Source: Hydrurus foetidus
Taxonomy: Eukaryota
Direction of reading: 5' to 3'
Assembly: GCA_900617105.1 (NCBI GenBank)
Contig: UYFQ01000058.1
Coordinates: 1-44,588 of the forward strand
Length of the DNA: 44,588 bases
In this document: positions 21,601 through 34,159 of the stretch, piece by piece
How the letters are laid out: each line of letters opens with the position of its first letter
Position numbering within the stretch: position 1 is the first letter of the stretch
Translations under genes and position numbers: made by a program
The notes under the pieces: generated by a model
Databases searched by the model: none
What the model was told of the DNA's origin: nothing
Seen by the model: only the letters and a program-made list of their open reading frames with translations

Positions 21601-24600
21601 GTGCGCATGGTCGCGAAGAGCACCGGCATCATCTCCACAGTAGCCGGCACAGGAATCGCAGGCTACAGCGGAGATAACGGACCTGCGACACGAGCAACTC
21701 TGTCCAACCCTGTGGGGGTAGCGGTAGATGTGACCGCTCGAATTCTGTACATCGCTAGTATCGCGAACAATGTGGTTCGTGCCGTGATGATAGATACGGG
21801 CATTATTACCACAGTAGCTGGTTACTTTGATGGTGCTGGGTACAGTGGAGACGGAGGGCAAGCAACATTGGCCACCTTGTCTCAGCCTATGAGAGTTGCA
21901 GTGGACATCAGCACAGGAAATCTATACATCGCTGATGCCGGCAACAACGTCATACGCATGGTCACGAAGAGCACTGGCATCATAAGCACTGTTGCTGGTA
22001 ATGCGGCATCTGGACCAGGCTATGGGGGAGACGGAGGGCCAGCAACATCGGCTCAACTGTATTACCCAACTGGCATAGCAGTTGATGCATCAAACGGAAA
22101 TCTATACATCGCTGATACGGCCAACAATGTCGTACGCATGGTCAGGAAGAGCACAGGCATGATAAGCACTATCGCAGGTAATGCGGCAATGGGATCAGGA
22201 TACACCGGAGACGGAGGGCAGGCGACTGCAGCAACGCTGAGCTTCCCGACAGGTCTTGCTGTCGACGCCGTGAAAGGTGTCGTCTACATCGCTGATGCTG
22301 GCAACAATGTCATTCGCATGGTGACGAAGAGCACGGGTATCATCACCACTGTTGTTGGGAATGGGATGAGTGGCTACGGCGGCGATGGAGGGCAAGCCAC
22401 AAGTGCGACACTATCCTCCCCTTACAGTGTCGCTATAGATACTACTTCTGGCACGATGTACATCGCCGACTTATTCAACTTTGTCATCAGAAACGTCATC
22501 GGGAGTGCAAGTGCACCGTCAGGTCCATCCGCCTCTCCGATCGCTAGACCTTCCACGGCAGTCACTTTTGCTCCAACGATGTCGCCAACAAGCGCAGGTA
22601 GATATACCTTTACCAACACCATATGTGATGTGACATATCTGTTGTAATTGGATTCCGTCACGTATGACATGAAGATACGTTCAGGAATTGATTAGACACG
22701 ATGTTATGATGCGTCAGTGCGTGCGTGCGTTTGTTATGCGCGTGAATTGATCCAAGATGCGACTCATCACAATCAAAGAATTGATCGCTCGAATCATCAC
22801 ACACATGCATTACCGCAGGGACCTCAATAGTTGGCACAATATTCACATACGCCGGTAACGGAGCAGCGGGCTACAGCGGGGATGGAGGGGCAGCAACATC
22901 AGCTTCACTGAACGTGCCGACTGGGGTAGCCGTGGACACTCTGACGGGGAACATCTACATCGCAGATGACGTAAACAATGTGGTGCGCATAGTCACGAAG
23001 AGCACCGGCATCATCTCCACAGCTGCCGGCACAGGAGTTGCAGGCTACAGCGGAGATAACGGACCTGCGACACGAGCAACTCTGTCCAACCCTGTGGGGG
23101 TAGCGGTAGATGTGAACGCTCGAATTCTGTACATCGCTAGTGTTAGCAACAATGTGGTCCGTGCCGTGATGATAGATACAGGTATTATTACCACAGTAGC
23201 TGGTTACTTTGGTGGTAGTGGGTACAGTGGAGACGGAGGGCAAGCAACATCGGCCAACTTGTCTCAGCCTGTGCGAGTAGCAGTGGACATCAGCACAGGA
23301 AATCTATACATCGCTGATGCCGGCAACAACGTCATACGCATGGTCACGAAGAGCACTGGCATCATAAGCACTGTAGCTGGTAATGCGGCAAATGGACCAG
23401 GCTATGGGGGAGACGGAGGGCCAGCTACATCGGCTCAACTGTATTACCCAACTGGCATTGCAGTTGATGCATCAAACGGAAATCTATACATCGCTGATAC
23501 TGCCAACAATGTCGTACGCATGGTCAGGAAGAGCACAGGCATGATAAGCACTATCGCAGGTAATGCGGCAATGGGATCAGGATACACCGGAGACGGAGGG
23601 CAGGCGACTGCAGCAACGCTGAGCTTCCCGATAGGTCTTGCTGTCGACGCCGTGAAAGGTGTCGTCTACATCTCGGACTTGTACAACAATGTCATTCGCA
23701 TGGTGACGAAGAGCACGGGTATCATCACCACTGTTGTTGGGAATGGGATGAGTGGCTACGGCGGCGATGGAGGGCAAGCCACAAGTGCGACACTATCCTC
23801 CCCTTACAGTGTCGCTATAGATACTACTTCTGGCATGATGTACATCGCTGACACATACAATAATGTCATCAGGAACGTCATTGGGAGTGCAAGTGCACCG
23901 TCAGGTCCATCCGCCTCTCCGATCGCTAGACCTTCCACGGCAGTCACTTTTGCTCCAACGATGGCGCCAGCAAGTGCAGGTGAGATATGATTTTGTTTGA
24001 GTTGAATTGTTTTTTGTTGTGTTGGATTAGAATTGAGTTGTGGTGAATAGGGTTGGGATTAGAATGGATTGGATCGGTTTGATGCCACTTGACATCACCA
24101 TATGCGATGTGACATATCTGATGTAACTTAACGTCGTTGTGATTTCATGACGATATGTTCAGGAACTGATTAGACACGATGTTATGATGCGTCAGTGCGT
24201 GCGTGTGTTTGTTTGTCATGCGCGTGAATTGATCCAAGATGCGACTCATCACAATCAAAGAATTGATCGCTCCAATCATCACACACATGCATTACCGCAG
24301 GGACCTCAATAGTTGGTACAATATTCACATACGCCGGTAACGGAGCAGTGGGCTACAGCGGGGATGGAGGGGCAGCAACATCAGCTTCATTGAATGTGCC
24401 GACTGGGGTAGCCGTGGACACTCTGACGGGGAACATCTACATCGCAGATGACGTAAACAATGTGGTGCGCATAGTCACGAAGAGCACCGGCATCATCTCC
24501 ACAGCTGCCGGCACAGGAGTTGCAGGCTACAGCGGAGATAACGGACCTGCGACACGAGCAACTCTGTCCAACCCTGTCGGGGTAGCGGTAGATGTGAACG

Positions 24601-27412
24601 CTCGAATTCTGTACATCGCTAGTGCTAGCAACAATGTGGTCCGTGCCGTGATGATAGATACAGGTATTATTACCACAGTAGCTGGTTACTTTGGTGGTAG
24701 TGGGTACAGTGGAGACGGAGGGCAAGCAACATCGGCCACCTTGTCTCAGCCTATGAGAGTAGCAGTGGACATCAGCACAGGAAATCTATACATCGCTGAT
24801 GCCGGCAACAACGTCATACGCATGGTCACGAAGAGCACTGGCATCATAAGCACTGTAGCTGGTAATGCGGCAAATGGACCAGGCTATGGGGGAGACGGAG
24901 GGCCAGCTACATCGGCCCAACTGTATTTACCAACTGGCGTAGCAGTTGATGCATCAAACGGAAATCTATACATCGCTGACTCCGGCAACAATGTCGTACG
25001 CATGGTCACAAAGAGCACTGGCATAATAAGCACTATCGCAGGTAATGCGGCAATGGGATCAGGATACACCGGAGACGGAGGGCAGGCGACTGCAGCAACG
25101 CTGAGCTTCCCGACAGGTCTTGCTGTCGACGCCGTGAAAGGTGTCGTCTACATCGCTGACTGGCAACAATGTCATTCGCATGGTGACGAAGAGCACGGGT
25201 ATCATCACCACTGTTATTGGTAATGGGATGAGAGGCTACGGCGGCGATGGAGGGCAAGCCACAAGTGCGACACTATCCTACCCTTACAGTGTCGCTATAG
25301 ATACTGCTTCTGGCATGATGTACATCGCTGACACATACAATAATGTCATCAGGAAGGTCATTGGGAGTGCAAGTGCACCGTCAGGTCCATCCGCCTCTCC
25401 GATCGCTAGACCTTCCACGGCAGTCACTTTTGCTCCAACGATGGCGCCAGCAAGTGCAGGTGAGAAAATTGATGTTCATAGGAATGGTGTTGTTCATGTA
25501 TGACATGATATCACAAGCATATCTTCGCGAAGCATGATGTGGACACGATGGTTGTGATGCGCTTCAATCAGATGCACCGTCATAGCATCGCAGATCCTGT
25601 GCACTATGTGGTAGCTGCGACAACGATGTCTTGAACTCCATCGACAATTACATGTGACCGGAATGAGATCTCATCATATTTACAAAATTAGTGATAGCTA
25701 AACATCGTCATCTCTCCCCCCACGCTATTAGCTCTGCAAATCAGTACCCTAGCTGGCTCTGGTGTGGCGGGTTATAATGGCGATGGCGGGTACGCAGCAT
25801 CCGCGGACATGTTCTACCCTTCAGGCCTAGGCATCAACTACGCGAATGGCAATATCTACATATCCGATTCTTTGAATCAGCGTGTCCGCATGGTGGACAG
25901 AGTGACCGGCATCATCTCGACCGTAGCAGGGACGGGGCTGTACGGGTTCGGAGGAGATAAAGGACTCGCAGTGAACGCCATGTTAAACAATCCTGCCGGT
26001 ATCGCTGTGCACTCTACTTCAGGCCATGTGTACATTGCCGACACTTTCAACCATCGAATCCGGATGGTGAACGGTACCACCGGCATCATCATCACTGTGG
26101 CCGGAACAGGAGGGTACGGCTACAGCGGCCAAGGCGGTCCAGCGACTTCCGCTCTGTTGAACAGACCATCTGGTGTGTGCCTGGACTCCAGGGGGAACAT
26201 GTTCATCTCCGACACCGGGAACTTCAGGCTGCGAATGGTTTCGAAGATGACCGGCTTCATCACAACAATTGCAGGCACTGGTAAGGGAGGCTTTACAGGG
26301 GACCTCGGACAAGCCTCCTCCGCAGCCATTTCCCGCACCCTGAGAAGTATTGTGGATCCGTCCACCGGAGCGATCTACATAGCAGACTCTAACAATCATC
26401 GCATCCGCATGGTAGCCCCTCGCACTGGCGTTATCTCCACAGTAGCTGGCAACGGTCTTGCAGGATACAGCGGAGATGGGGGCCTTGCGACAGCGGCACA
26501 GCTGTACGAACCCTCCGCTCTTTCTCTGGACTCTCAAGGAAATCTCTTCATAGCTGACACGTACAATAACTGCATTCGCAAGGTGATCAAGAGCACGGGT
26601 GTGATCGTCACCGTGGCTGGTGTGGGTAACATCGCTGCTGGGTACGGCGGGGATGGAGGACCAGCTACCGCTGGCCTGTTGTCCAGACCTTTGGGCATCA
26701 TCGTTGACACGAGATCGGGCACTATTTACATCTCCGACACATATAACAGCCGTGTGAGGGAAGTCAAATACGCTGCTGCTGTGCACCCGACACAACGAAA
26801 GCGAGAAAAAGAAGGTAAAAATGATGAATGACAGCAAATCTTACACCCAAACGATTCATTCCGCTTTTCGCAATTTATGGTCTCTAGGATCGTGTTTAAT
26901 TGCTGATCCACTTTTAATCTGAACCCATTCCCTAAACACAACAATTGACACACATAATCTGTACCGTACTTAAAACTGGAGACGTACGGTACAGATAGTG
27001 TGTGTAAATTGTCGTGTATAGGGGTGGGTCCACATTAAAAGTGGATCAGCAATGAAACACGATCCTTGATCTCTTGAATGAAGGTGCTTCGAATCCATGT
27101 ATTATGCACTGCTTCTCTGATTCGCTAACCGCATAGAATCTTCACAGCTTTTGAGAAGCTGATTCACTCCTCGTATCGTCGTGTCTGTGTATGCATAACA
27201 TGGTCTAACTTACCTCTATTTTAGCGCTCAGTCGAGGTACCATCGCCATTATCGTTGGTGCGATCATTGGCGGGGTCTTCGTGGTGATATTGGGTTTACT
27301 GCTCTGTGTCTGCTACTGCAAGCCGGCGAAGAAAGAGATCATAGAGGAATCCGTACCGAGTCCAATGATGGCAGATGAAAATCTGGAGAATGCTTCCCGC
27401 GGCACCATATGA
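18666..27412 (+). CDS. Multi-exon host gene: predicted type-I membrane protein with five NHL-repeat (teneurin-like) six-bladed propellers, Pro/Thr/Ser linkers and a C-terminal TM helix
   Basis: Tentative 5' exons 18666-18719 (MRSALAVLVSWTFYNARQ, signal-like) and 18816-19038. Propeller exons 19145-20293 (or -21117), 21437-22597, 22819-23979, 24301-25459 (2-nt deletion ~25160) and 25732-26814. Last exon 27225-27412 encodes IAIIVGAIIGGVFVVILGLLLCVCYCK plus a short tail; it is not in the ORF track. All propeller exons are phase 1-1, with repeats PxGxAVD..GNxYIAD..NNVVRxV..STGIISTVAG. Confidence 0.85.
20294..21117 (+). repeat. 33-bp minisatellite, 25 units (first is 32 bp), reading LAPTGAGQTIS-type 11-aa repeats
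   Basis: 824 bp = 32 + 24x33; each unit contains CAG/GTCAG(A/C); the array ends at the donor G|GTAAGA (21118). Confidence 0.95.
21337..21361 (+). repeat. (GT)12 intronic microsatellite
   Basis: Direct reading. Confidence 0.95.
26886..27066. mobile_element. 181-bp foldback MITE-like element in the last intron of the NHL gene
   Basis: Arms of ~85 bp pair almost end to end (aggatcgtgttt..ttgctgatccacttttaat..atctgtaccgtac / gtacggtacagat..attaaaagtggatcagcaa..aaacacgatcct); flanks TGGTCTCT / TGATCTCT are a possible 8-bp TSD with 1 mismatch. Confidence 0.75.
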
Positions 27413-28408
27413 AATATATAGAGGCGTATCTGCCTTCGCTCGACTGTATTTCATCAATCGGGCTGTCCGTAGCACAAGTACAGTATCATCTTTTGAAATA
27501 ATTCCCAAACCTTATTTATTAATACCTCTCAATATTCTTTCTTATTTTCAATTAGCATCTTCCACTTTTACGTAGTCAATCGGCAAGAGGTCAATACTTG
27601 ATTCCTCTTTCAACACCCACTACGCAACAAAATAACGTTTTAGTCGCACAGTACACCCAATAATACAGCATAGTGACGTTGGCAACCACTAACGACTGAT
27701 CTTATGATTTTTTTTCCTATTCAACATACAAACCCTGAGTCGATACGTTTACTGACGGCTTAAATAATAAATTATACCGTATGCGATTATTCACTATTTT
27801 TGTTTTTTAGATCACAAATTTGAATAAGTTGGTGATAATTGCTGACAAGAAAAAGATGTGTTACTATAAAGCACCTCTAAAAGAAATGCCAAACCGATCA
27901 CGGTGGGAAAAATTAACGATGATCTTGTTATCACAAGGGAAAATAATCGATTAAGTAGAGCGGGATGTCCACCTGTGGGACAAATAGCTGGAGAATATAC
28001 ATAAAAAGGAGTCAGAAAACGAGATTGCTTCGATAGACTGATTATTAACTGCACTCATCACACCTTACGACTAGGGGGACTCATTACGCACCACATGGCT
28101 CGTCCCGGCTACGCAAACAATGTGCCTTCGTTATAGGTGCCAGTACAAGTAGGCGTCGAACTACAATTTGATACACCCACCGTATTTTAACTTTAAACTT
28201 CAGGGTGCATAATATTAGATGCGAATCGACATACGGTGGACGGTGGGTAGCCATAAACAATACCTTCGTAATAGTCGCACGCGGACTTGGTATACTGTAC
28301 ATACAAAATACAAACACACAAAGAGTACCCTCAGGGGGTTGGTTCCCACTTCGAAAATCTCGTTTCGGAAATTTTCATTCGGAATTCTCGTTCCGTAAAA
28401 ACCGCTTC

Positions 28409-30921
28409 GTAATTCTCGTTCCGAAAGTATCATTTAGTAAATTTCACTTTGTAATTTTTGCATCGTAACTGTGTAGCGTGGAAGTGAAACTTCAAGTGAT
28501 TCTATTTATAATGCTCGAAGTATACACTATTCAATCATACATGACCAAGAAGTGGTACCCAAGAAGTGGTATACCAACACAACCTCATTGACTGATGTCT
28601 AGCAGCATTGCTCACACGTTCAGCATAGTCATGCAGTACATGATTGATCATCACTATGTCACTTGCATCAACCTTAACAAGTGCAGTCAGTATTATCAAA
28701 TACATAATCACTTTGCAAATATACATGACTGCATCGTGAATTTGTCATTAAGTCACCTCGATAGCCATCAATTATACCTGTTGTAAAAATATTAGGAAGT
28801 TCTACTTTTAGATCAGAGACCATTCGTTTTGAATGTTTGATGTTTTTTACTGTTACCGCAAAACTGTACATTATCATGTCGTTAACAAGCATTTCGAAAT
28901 TGACTAATTGTGTAGAAACATTAATACATCTAAGTCCGGAATTAATTTGTAGTCATATATCTTTTGTCTGACATGAACGCTATTCTTCCTGCTGAATTAG
29001 ATTTTTCTACAATCTCAACAAAGGGGCAGCCACCTCTAAAGTTTAATAATAAGTTATTTGTTTGTAAGAGAAAAACTCGAAATGCTGAGGGTTATATCAT
29101 CAAGTGTTACTGGTATTGTTCTTCAGAGGCATGCACTGGGGCTCTTAACTATAGCATTGATGTCAACAATATCTTGGCAAATGAGCTTGGGACAAGAGGA
29201 GTTATACACGACATTGCTTTGACGAAAGACCACATAATTGATTTGTGTAAAGTTACTCAAAATGACATTGTAAGACGTGTTGCACGTACAAATGTCATCA
29301 GTCAGGCAAGGCTCGGTAAGATTCGATAAAGGCAGTATTTTTGTTGAACTTAGATATGAAAGTTACTGTCATTATTTTAATGCAAACGAAAATCATTCTG
29401 TCCGGAAATTCGTTGAACGTGGCCTACAATGGAGTCGTGAATCCTCTATTCCACGCAAATCCAGAGGCTGTTGATTTTTTGCAGACAGCAAGTAGCCTAA
29501 AATCAGCTTATTCAAGAGCTCAGGTTTTAAATCTTCCACCTCCGGCGGATGCAGTACCTGAATATGACAAATTGCCTGCTATTCTACTGCCTCTTGCAGG
29601 GGATAAAACGGAGAATATTCATACTAGATTTTTCGGACATATCATTGCTAAGGCTTTGGCAATGGGTTTAACAATTCGCTGGGGAAAATCGATGGCAAAC
29701 TTTGAAAGCGGTTTGTGGCCTGCATTACATGCAACTTTTCCTTTACTCCTCAGAAAGGGATGCTTATTCCATTTTATGAATGCTGTCTTTAAATGGATCA
29801 AACAGCATATTCTGGTACGTTGATGAGCAAATAATTCTTTGGCTTGAATTGCGCCGCGCAAATCTGATATGCTTATTTAAGTAAGTCACACAAATTACAG
29901 ACGGCATACAACGATGAAACGACAGGATTGCGTGCAGTCGTTAGGAAGTTTTTCGCGTTAGCTTTTCTTAGACCTGATCGTACTGAGGATCAAATAGACA
30001 ACGGCGTACAGATTTGGTGACGGTTTCCGACGGTTTGGTGATTCTACTCTATGCATTACAGAGTGAAACTCTTCCGATTGCAACACTGATCCAATTTGTG
30101 ATGTATTTCACGAACACTTGGATGTCAAATCCGATAAGGTGGAACGTATTTCACCTTGATGACCGCAGAATATTTAATCTTGATGTCCACAGAACCAACA
30201 TCGATCTTGAAGTTACCTTCATTCATTCGCATAACAAGCACTTTCATACTAAGCACTCATGATTAGGCTGGCACAACAAGATGGCATTGGTTTTCAAGGC
30301 TAAATCAAATTTGTGGTCCTTCATTCGAGGAATCAAGGAAAGACATATCTCAAAAGAGGTAGAGATGAGACAAACTCTCCAAGGGAATATTATCAAACCA
30401 CGCCGATTACTACAAAAAGCTAAAGAAGATCAGCTCGCGAGAATGAAAAATCAATACTGACTGTACTTGTTAAGATTGATGCAAGTGACATAGTGATGAT
30501 CAATCATTTACTGCATGACTATGTTGAACGTGTGAGCAATGCTGCTAGACATCAGTCAATGAGGTTGTGTTGGTATACCACTTCTTGGGTACACGATGCA
30601 GTCATGTATATTTGCAAAGTGATTATGTATTTGATAATACTGACTGTACTTGTTAAGGTTGATGCAAGTGACATAGTGATGATCAATCATGTACTGCATG
30701 ACTATGCTGAACGTGTGAGCAATGCTGCTAGACATCAGTCAATGAGGTTGTGTTGGTATACCACTTCTTGGGCACCACTTCTTGGTCATGTGTGATTGAA
30801 TAGTGTATACTTCGAGCATTATAAATAGAATCACTTGAAGTTTCACTTCCACGCTACACAGTTACGATGCAAAAATTACAAAGTGAAATTTACTAAATGA
30901 TACTTTCGGAACGAGAATTAC
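28409..30921 (+). mobile_element. Decayed Mutator-like element (MULE) with 330-bp inverted repeats; true termini uncertain
   Basis: IRs 28409-28738 and 30592-30921 (about 3 mismatches seen); no TSD at the IR edges; MULE transposase remnants inside. Confidence 0.8.
28972..30560 (+). pseudogene. MULE transposase pseudogene with an N-terminal FLYWCH-like finger
   Basis: STKGQPPLKFNNKLF...YWYCSSEACTG; LPLAGDKT...MANFESGL...FP...GCLFHFMNAV (CxxH; DFE appears as NFE); YFTNTWM..WNVF..RTNIDLE|GWHNK. Stops, frameshifts and apparent loss of the first catalytic D region. Confidence 0.85.
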
Positions 30922-31190
30922 TTTTCAAACCTCGAATTTTGAAAATACGAGTTATAAACTCGGCTTTTTCAAACTCGTTTTTGGGAAAAATTAAGACTTT
31001 TCATCTTGGAAACCCGACTTCCCAACCTGTTTTCGAATACATCGTTTTTATTCTCGTTGTGACGAGTTTTTAAAAAACAGAGAGGTTAGGCTATTCCTTA
31101 TCGCGCTCCATTTACGTTATCTTGTAGTCCAAAATAGGACTCAATTTCTCCTGTATTTCGTCCTTATCGTGTGCACCTAAACGGTTAATT

Positions 31191-32434
31191 AGAGTGTTTG
31201 CGAAAAAAACGAGAGAAATCCTGGGTTTTTTTTCCGGTAAATTTTTCGGAAGTCAATCCCGTGCAATTTGCCGTTTTTTTATCCTGAAAAAAAATGAAAA
31301 TAAAAGTTTCAGATATGATAGTCAGGTCATCTTTACAGTAAGTATCATCACTTATCCAACTCTAACACTGTGTAGAATACAGAACCAAAATGGAGAGTAA
31401 GCTTTTTAGTTGGAATCTTGAGAAGCTGCATTTAGTTGTCAGCCCCCTTCTGATCAACAGAGATATAACTGTGCCTTTTCAAGGCTGAACAGAGAGGGTG
31501 CTTACGAAATTGACCTCGATTTCTGTAACAGCAATCCCGCTTCATCAAAGCTCGATGATAGATATCGAATCGATTCTGATACCATCCAATGTTCCCATGC
31601 ACCTTGTCTTTGTGCTTCTCATACATGTAATTTACTGCAAATTTGAATATCCTTGACAACTGAGAATAGTCCCTTCCAAAAGTGTCTTGTAATGATAGTA
31701 AGTGTGACGGATAAGCTATTCTGTAAAGCATAAAGCAAAATGCGAGTCCTCCAGGACACACCACACCATTTGCACACGTAACCGTATCAGGAAAGTCGCA
31801 CCTGATGAAGAGCTCTCTTAGTTCAGGTTTGCGAAATCTCAAGAAATGCCAACATTCTTCGTCAGTGAATGAGCTGATCAAACGGTTTTTGTTATTATGA
31901 TTCACAGGGACAATTTCTTGTCGTTCGACGATCAGTTGAGCAAGAAAGATAACAAATAGGGCATATATCAGCAGTTGACAGAAATTCTTTAGCGGGCATT
32001 CAGGTAAATTTGAGGACAACTCAATCAACTCGGGGATAAACTGTAAAATCTGTTTCAGAACATAGATTTCGCCCGTGGATAAACCTTCAAGTCTCCTTCG
32101 GTAAGGCATATCTCTTATGGTCCTCCGCATGTCATACTCCATGATATACACAGTTCAGAGGAATCCAACTAAATAAGAGGGGTTTTGAAATGTATACTGC
32201 AATTCAATTTTGCAAGCAATTGCAAAATCGAATTGCCTAAAAGAACCGCAATGCTCGTATTAATCAATGTGGACAGTGATCTTGCACAATTTGGAAGGTT
32301 ATTGTACAAGTTTTGCACTTAAACGACTACTGCCGTAAAAGGGGCATAATGTGTTTCATGGAACCTGAAATAAACGACCTTTTTTAAAACCGGGATAAAT
32401 CCGATTTTTTTTTACGAGATTTCGCAAACACTCT
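31191..32434 (-). mobile_element. PIF/Harbinger-group (PHIS) element, internally deleted, 1244 bp
   Basis: 15-bp perfect TIR AGAGTGTTTGCGAAA; 3-bp TSD ATT at 31188-31190 and 32435-32437. Confidence 0.88.
31432..32151 (-). pseudogene. Truncated Harbinger-type transposase (N-terminal HTH part only; DDE core absent)
   Basis: FTDEECWHFLRFRKPEL...FCFMLYRIAYPSHLLSLQDTFGRDYSQLSRIF; no downstream GxIDGT motif. Confidence 0.8.
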
Positions 32435-32739
32435 ATTGGGCACGGATAATGGAATTAAACGATTTCCTATTCTGAGCGGAGTGGAGTGATGGTCATCGAT
32501 AGTTTCCGTTGGCACAATTCTCCACCTGAATCCAAGCTCAAACTGACCATGAGCTCTTGATCAGTCGGGTGGAGTTTTTTTTTCGTAGTCAAATGACTGC
32601 AGAACTCGACTGACACTCCATCAACAACTTCCTGTTTTTGGAGAATTTTTCAACCTCAGCAGAGGTAAAGGACTTGATGGTCAGTAGTTCTTTTCTGCCA
32701 GCTGCTCTTTAGATGTATCTTGAACGTGAATCTAAACGA

Positions 32740-33444
32740 TTGGAATCGATGCGTATCATGACACCACTGTGGCAGCAAACATATTGAGTTATCATAAGTT
32801 GCTACAAACGCACAGTGTACTGTACAGAGAGACCGATGATACGTTTGTGGCGACTCCACTCGTGCTAGGTTCGGTGCTCGTCTTTGGGTGTATGAACGGC
32901 CACTACATACTCGACTTGAACACAATGGTCTCCATGTACTTCACAAGTGTCAACGAGAAAGCCGCAAAGTACAGTAAAAGACAATTGATGAGCGCCAGGA
33001 AGGCCTATGAATTCACCATCCGGATGGGATTCATTAGCTATAAATCGGCGGCGGAGGTGGTACAGCGTGGCAGTATCAAAGACTTGGGCTTCACTCGGTC
33101 CGACCTAGTGAATGCACAAGATATATATGGTGCACCAGCGGCATATTAGTTGAGGCAAGGTACTCAAAGAAATAATGCACAAGCAGAAGATGACCCTATA
33201 CCTGTACACAAATCCGCCTTTTCTTTCTCGGATAAGCTTTCTTCATAAGTATCTCGGTACTTCTTGGATTAATCATGGTGACACACTTAGGTCCCGGCGT
33301 AGACCGAGGCAAAGAGTCTAGAGTGTCCCATGCAAAATCCAAAGCTGATCGGTCCCATGCACATTCAACAATACGCTGCAAAAGGGTTTGCCATCAAACG
33401 TGTGACAAGCGACGGCGAAGCATCAGTTAGGGCGGTGAAGTCGG
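32740..33444 (+). pseudogene. Old Copia-type retroelement, left fragment (pre-integrase / integrase start)
   Basis: GHYILD...YSKRQLMSARKAYEF..RMGFIS....G.IKD..FTRSDLVNAQDIYG; FAIKRVTSDGEASV; stops and frameshifts. Confidence 0.8.
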
Positions 33445-33952
33445 TGTGAGTCAGACTGTGGAGTGAAGCGAGCTACCTGTTGGCTGCGGAAGCGCAAAGG
33501 AAAGACTGGCTGATGGAAGTGGTCTCGGAAGACGTGTTTACTTACAACGATCAAGTAGTAAAACAACTGGCGATGATATCAGAGAAGACAACCATCAAAG
33601 AAGCAAAGCAAAGCATCCATTGTGCATGAAATGGTGATCGCCGAAGTGGAAACATATTCAGCGAATATTCAAGTTGGCGATTGAGCAATGGGCGGAACCC
33701 TCGCTGCTCATGAAATCGGATGCTTGGTGGAAACCGGATACCTGGTGGAAATCCGGATGCTTGGTGGTGAAAAACCGGATGCTTGGTGATGGCCCCGAAG
33801 GGGGATATCGCTAGAAGAACGATGAGCGTATGTACACAACAGTGTATGGCGGTGTTTTGGGTGAGGAAGCGCTACACTACTTGTGACATGTGAATGCTAA
33901 TCTACAGATGAAACTATGCTAACAGATCATGCATGAATATGCTGGACTGACA
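33445..33952 (-). repeat. 3' LTR
   Basis: Direct repeat of 40787-41294; terminal inverted match TGTGAGTC / GACTGACA (7/8); four CGGATGCTTGGTG-like internal repeats. Confidence 0.96.
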
Positions 33953-33960
33953 CTCCCCGT
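33953..33960 (-). other. Short polypurine tract (ACGGGGAG) abutting the 3' LTR
   Basis: Position and composition on the minus strand. Confidence 0.7.
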
Positions 33961-34159
33961 AGTGAAGATGTAGCTGAACGTGTTATTGAGAGTATCGAAA
34001 TGAATGATATGTGTATATATACTCCCCGTACTGAGGATGTACTCCCCGTACGAGAGATTTGGCAAAAAGTGTAAAAAGTTAGTTATAATATATGCGTGCA
34101 CTCATATAAGATAGTAAAATTAGTACGTATGTTAGAAATATGGATATTAAGTATTTATG

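Noticed and set aside
19180..26831. Five separate NHL genes, or a bacterial insert
   Set aside because: Consistent GT-AG phase-1 boundaries and a terminal TM exon favour one spliced eukaryotic gene.
19219..26837. Many minus-strand ORFs over the NHL gene
   Set aside because: Antisense shadows of GC-rich repetitive coding sequence; they recur with each duplicated exon.
27806..28045. Short + strand frame with two internal stops
   Set aside because: No recognisable motif; cannot support a gene call.
28535..30795. ORFs 28535-28726 (-) and 30493-30795 (+) as independent genes
   Set aside because: They are the duplicated and inverted MULE 3' segment.
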